Assembly: GCA_013239625.1 (NCBI GenBank)
Contig: MU053758.1
Span: 372,001 to 436,000 of the forward strand
Direction of reading: 5' to 3'
Source of the DNA: Lama guanicoe
Taxonomy: Eukaryota
Length of the DNA: 64,000 bases
Shown here: piece after piece, positions 60,440 through 64,000 of the stretch
Layout: each line of letters starts with the position of its first letter
How positions within the stretch are numbered: position 1 is the first letter of the stretch
Made by a program: the position numbers and the translations under genes
The notes under the pieces: generated by a model
The model's input: only the letters and a program-made list of their open reading frames with translations
Databases searched by the model: none
What the model was told of the DNA's origin: nothing

Positions 60440-61130
60440 GTGCTCTCCGCACGGCGCCTCCAGCCCCGGGTTTCAGACGTTTTCCTTCCTCCCAGGGCCG
60501 AAGGCCAATGCGCCCCCCCCACCCCCCCGCTCCACCCGCACAACTGTAGCTCCGGAGCCAGAGGGTCGGACCCACTGCGGCCCCGACGTTCCGGCCGCGC
60601 CTGCGCACGACGCCCCGACGGCGCAGGCCTAGCCGGACGCCAACCCGGGGCGGGGCGGGCGGGGATCCGCCGAGGGCGAGCGGTAGTCGGGGCCCGCGCG
60701 CGCCCGCAGCGCGGCCCGGCGGCCTCGCGTCCTCGGCGTCTCCCGGGACGACCTCGGGCGCTTCCCTCTCCGAGCGGAGGGGCGGTTAATTGGATTCGGC
60801 GGGGGGGGTGGTGCCTGTCAGCCTACCACAGGGACCAATCGAAGGCCTAGAAAGCCCGATATGCAAATAGCAGGGCCGGGCGGACCCCAAGTTAGGAGGG
60901 GCGCGGGTTGGGGTTAGGGGTTGTCTGGCAGCCAAGGGGAGCGTGTCTCCTTAATCCTTCGAGGAGGGGACCCGCAAGTGTGGTTGCGAGAGATACGGGA
61001 AGCAGAGCAGGGGAGAAACAGGGGAGTAGGAATCACGGGTAAGAGCGCCCCAAAGCCCGCAGCTGGCCCCAGATCGCGGCTCCTAGGGCCTCCCCACTGA
61101 AAACCAGGTTCTACGTGCCCCGCTTGTCCC
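60440..61130. promoter_or_regulatory. TTLL6 CpG-island promoter
   Basis: Very CpG-dense; ATTGG 60789-60793, CCAAT ~60835, octamer ATGCAAAT 60861-60868, X-box-like GTTGTCTGGCAGC 60920-60932; fits known head-to-head TTLL6/CALCOCO2 synteny. Confidence 0.8.
60935..61038 (+). other. TTLL6: TTLL6 exon 1 orthologue (probably non-coding here; true 5' end further upstream)
   Basis: Reads (R)GACLLNPSRRGPASVVARDTGSRAG/RNRGVGIT versus recalled human TTLL6 MGALLLHPSRRGPAGVVASWTSSPAGRDGGVGIA; donor CGG|GTAAGA; the rest of the gene is not seen in the window. Confidence 0.75.
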
Positions 61131-61777
61131 CCAGGGCTACCCCCTCTGCCCTCCCTGGTGGCATTCTACGGCAAAAGCCACTCACCCGCATAGCCCCTGC
61201 TCCCCCTCAGCTCCATAGCACATCTCTTCTCAGCAGGTAACGCTCCCTCCTCTTCCTCGCGCAAACTCGAGTTCACCGCTAAAATACCCTCATTCCCTTT
61301 TCTCATCCTTAAGACCCCGATGCCAGGGCCTTGCTCACACAGCTACCCTTCTTTTCCCGGCTCCTTACTCCCTTCTGTCCTCGCTTCTTTCCCGAACCCA
61401 GGTCACCCTCTGGGTGCACCCTCACTTCTGCCCTCCCTCGATTTCCCAAACCCCGGTCCCCAGAGTGCTGTCCCTTAGATACCAGAGATCCCTGGGAATC
61501 GCACAACTCTGTCTGCCTCCTCCTTCCCCATCTTTGGATCTTTCTCTTTTATCACCTTTCTTCCTTTGTCTGGAGAATCCTTACAGAAAGACTCTTCTGT
61601 TTTTCATAGCAGCACAGCCCTCTGCAAGTAACCTACCCCCTTTCCAGCCTCTTTTTCTTTCACTTCCATGTGTTAGTTCTCACCCTCCTGAAGGAAAACT
61701 CTTCTAGGCTTGAGGAAAGTTCTTTGGGATTTGAACCCTAGGAAAAATGCAACTCTGGGGGATGACGTGGGAAGGGA

Positions 61778-62090
61778 GCTAACATTTACCAAGCACTGGT
61801 GTGTGCCAGGCACTTCAATAAGTTATTTACTATGTACACCAACCCCACCATTATATTTTCATTTTATAATATAGCCCTTACTTTGAACCAAACACTGCTT
61901 TAAGAGCATTAGAAATATTCACTCATTTAATCTTCAAAGCATCCCCACGAGATGAATATTATTATCTTCATTTTACTATGAGGAAACCAAAGTCCAAAGA
62001 GGCTCAGTTAACTCACCCAGTCACCCTTCCAGTAAGTGGTAGAGGTGGAATTTGGATCCAGAACCATCTGTCTTTGCTAGTTATGCACTG
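61778..62090 (-). mobile_element. MIR fragments in TTLL6 intron 1
   Basis: gctaacatttaccaagcac...gtgccaggcac; ctcatttaatcttc...cattttactatgaggaaaccaaag. Confidence 0.7.
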
Positions 62091-64000
62091 ACTATCGTGG
62101 AGAAAATGACTAGGCATGAGCCTGCTCTGAAAACTGCACCTTCCGGTCTTGCAGAATTCCTCAATTTCTAGCAGAACAAAGGATGGCATATGAGTTGGCA
62201 AGGTTCTTATTGTTCCCAGTGAATGTGGCCAGTCATTGTCAGCACTTATTGGCAAAGCCCTGAGCAGTTGAGTGTCCCCCATCCCTCCCTTGTTTGTTCA
62301 CATTTTGCTAAGGATCCTTTCAGGCCCTGTGCTCAAATTCAAAAAGTGGCTAGAATGAAAAGCCAAAAGCCATAGAAGGCATCTTCTTTTATCTTGCCTG
62401 CTTCAAAGCTCAAAGCAGTCTTCTGGATATGAAGTTTTTACCTTCCTGGTGATCCTGTAATGACAGAGAAGATAGGAAATGAGGGAAGAAATCATTACTT
62501 GACTTCTTATGACATACTGTGTCAAAGAGGCAAAGCTGAAAGCAAGGCTGTACAAGTCAGGGTGAAAAAACTTGGCTTTAGTTTTTTCAAGTTTTGTTTT
62601 TAAAACTTGAAACATTTAACCAAATGATTCTTTCATCCCATTTACAGGACACTTGTATTAAATCAGCCTTGCGAAGGAAAGCACTAAACATTTCCCACCC
62701 TTCTGCAACACCTCCAGGGCCGAGAAGAGTAGTGAACATGCCTAGTCCTTCAGAAGTGGGAATGAGTCCTTCCAAATAGCCTGCCTTGTGTTTGTTTGCA
62801 TGGAGCCATCCCAGTGCTCACTCACTCCCCCTTGTGGCCAAGGAAGGTCATTTTCATGCTGTCTAACCAGGGTTTGGTTGGCAGCCCCTGACTTGGAAGA
62901 TCTCAGGATCAAATCCTATACCAGAATGGAAGGAAACACCAGGGTTTTTTTCCCCCTGTCTTAACTATCCTACTTGGGAAAGTGAAATGAATGTGTCTTG
63001 TGTCATTAAGAAAAACTGAAGATGGTAGTTGCAGTGTTTACTACATGTTTACACCACAGTGTTCTTTTTTTTAAATCCCCCAAATCCCTGGTCCACATTG
63101 CCTGCCCACTAACCTGGCATAATGGGAAGATATGGACAAGGATGGGAAGCTGGGGTTTTGATTCTGGCTCCACTGACTTGTTCTCTGGCTTTGTGCAAGT
63201 CCCCTCCGCTAGCTGGGAGGGGGGATTTCAAAACCTCTAAAAACCAAACAGGTTGAACTAGACACTCTCCAAGGTCCCTCCCAGTTGTAATATTCAGGAA
63301 TTTCATTAGAAAAATGTTTGAATTACATTCCAAATAAGAGCCCTGGTACAGTGTGGACACCACTGGTGGAAAGACAGGGAAAAAACAGAGTGAAAATACA
63401 TACAAAATAGAAACAATAGAGCTGGTCCCAGGTTATGGCAAATCTGGGGAGATCCAGGCCCCTTGTTGGGGGCAGGAATTTAAAAGCACTTGGCTTTAAG
63501 CAAAATGATGTAGGACCAGCTGATTCTTAAGGGACTAAAATCACCAAGACTGCTTCTGGGAGTGAGGAAATCAGTTGCTTCACTTTATGGTCGTGATCAT
63601 TTATGGGTGATCAACACAGAGGAAAAGGCTGGAGTCTGGAGGGGAGACAGGCTGAGGGGTCAGACAGGCATGGCTTCTAATCCCAGCTCTGCCTCTTACC
63701 TTAACCCTTCCGTGTTTGTCTTCTCATCTGTAATAGAGGAAAGATAATCTCTATGATATGATATTATGAAGATGAGACAGAATGTATATAAAGTACTTTA
63801 GTATAATTAATACTGTTACTTGGTAAGTAGGTTGTACGTCATAGCTACTGTTACAAGCAAATGAAACTACGTATTTTAAGTGCTTGCTATACGAAAGAAT
63901 GCAAGGTCGACTCTTTAAAAATGTTACTTTTTTTAATGCTCAAAGCAACACTTACAGAGATGAGGAAAATGAACCTCAAAAGGCAAAATTAGTTTATGCA

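Noticed and set aside
60440..60850. 136-aa ORF as TTLL6 coding exon
   Set aside because: Arg/Pro/Gly-rich artefact of the CpG island; TTLL6 similarity starts only at 60935.

Overview
Mammalian genomic DNA, almost certainly camelid (14 copies of a tRNA-Ala-derived SINE matching the Vic-1 family). The window holds the complete CALCOCO2/NDP52 autophagy-receptor gene on the minus strand: a non-coding exon 1 in a CpG island at ~45.1 kb and 12 coding exons from 38397 to 22308, giving 1347 nt / 448 aa with SKICH domain, cLIR (ILVV), coiled coil, galectin-8-binding motif and two zinc fingers. Head-to-head about 15.8 kb away lie a second CpG island and exon 1 of TTLL6 (+ strand). Between the two genes sits a decayed class-I (gamma-type) endogenous provirus (48942-56844, 4-bp TSD) carrying nested L1 and SINE insertions. 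The first ~19 kb is repeat-rich intergenic DNA. The most interesting signal is in CALCOCO2 intron 9, behind a non-canonical GC donor: an intact, frame-symmetric 159-nt exon encoding a coiled coil resembling the paralogue TAX1BP1, followed by a candidate alternative terminal exon with its own stop and AATAAA. Together they predict a 501-aa extended and/or a 384-aa zinc-finger-less NDP52 isoform absent from the canonical human protein. All comparisons with human, mouse or repeat-library sequences are from memory and need alignment; repeat boundaries without target-site duplications are approximate.
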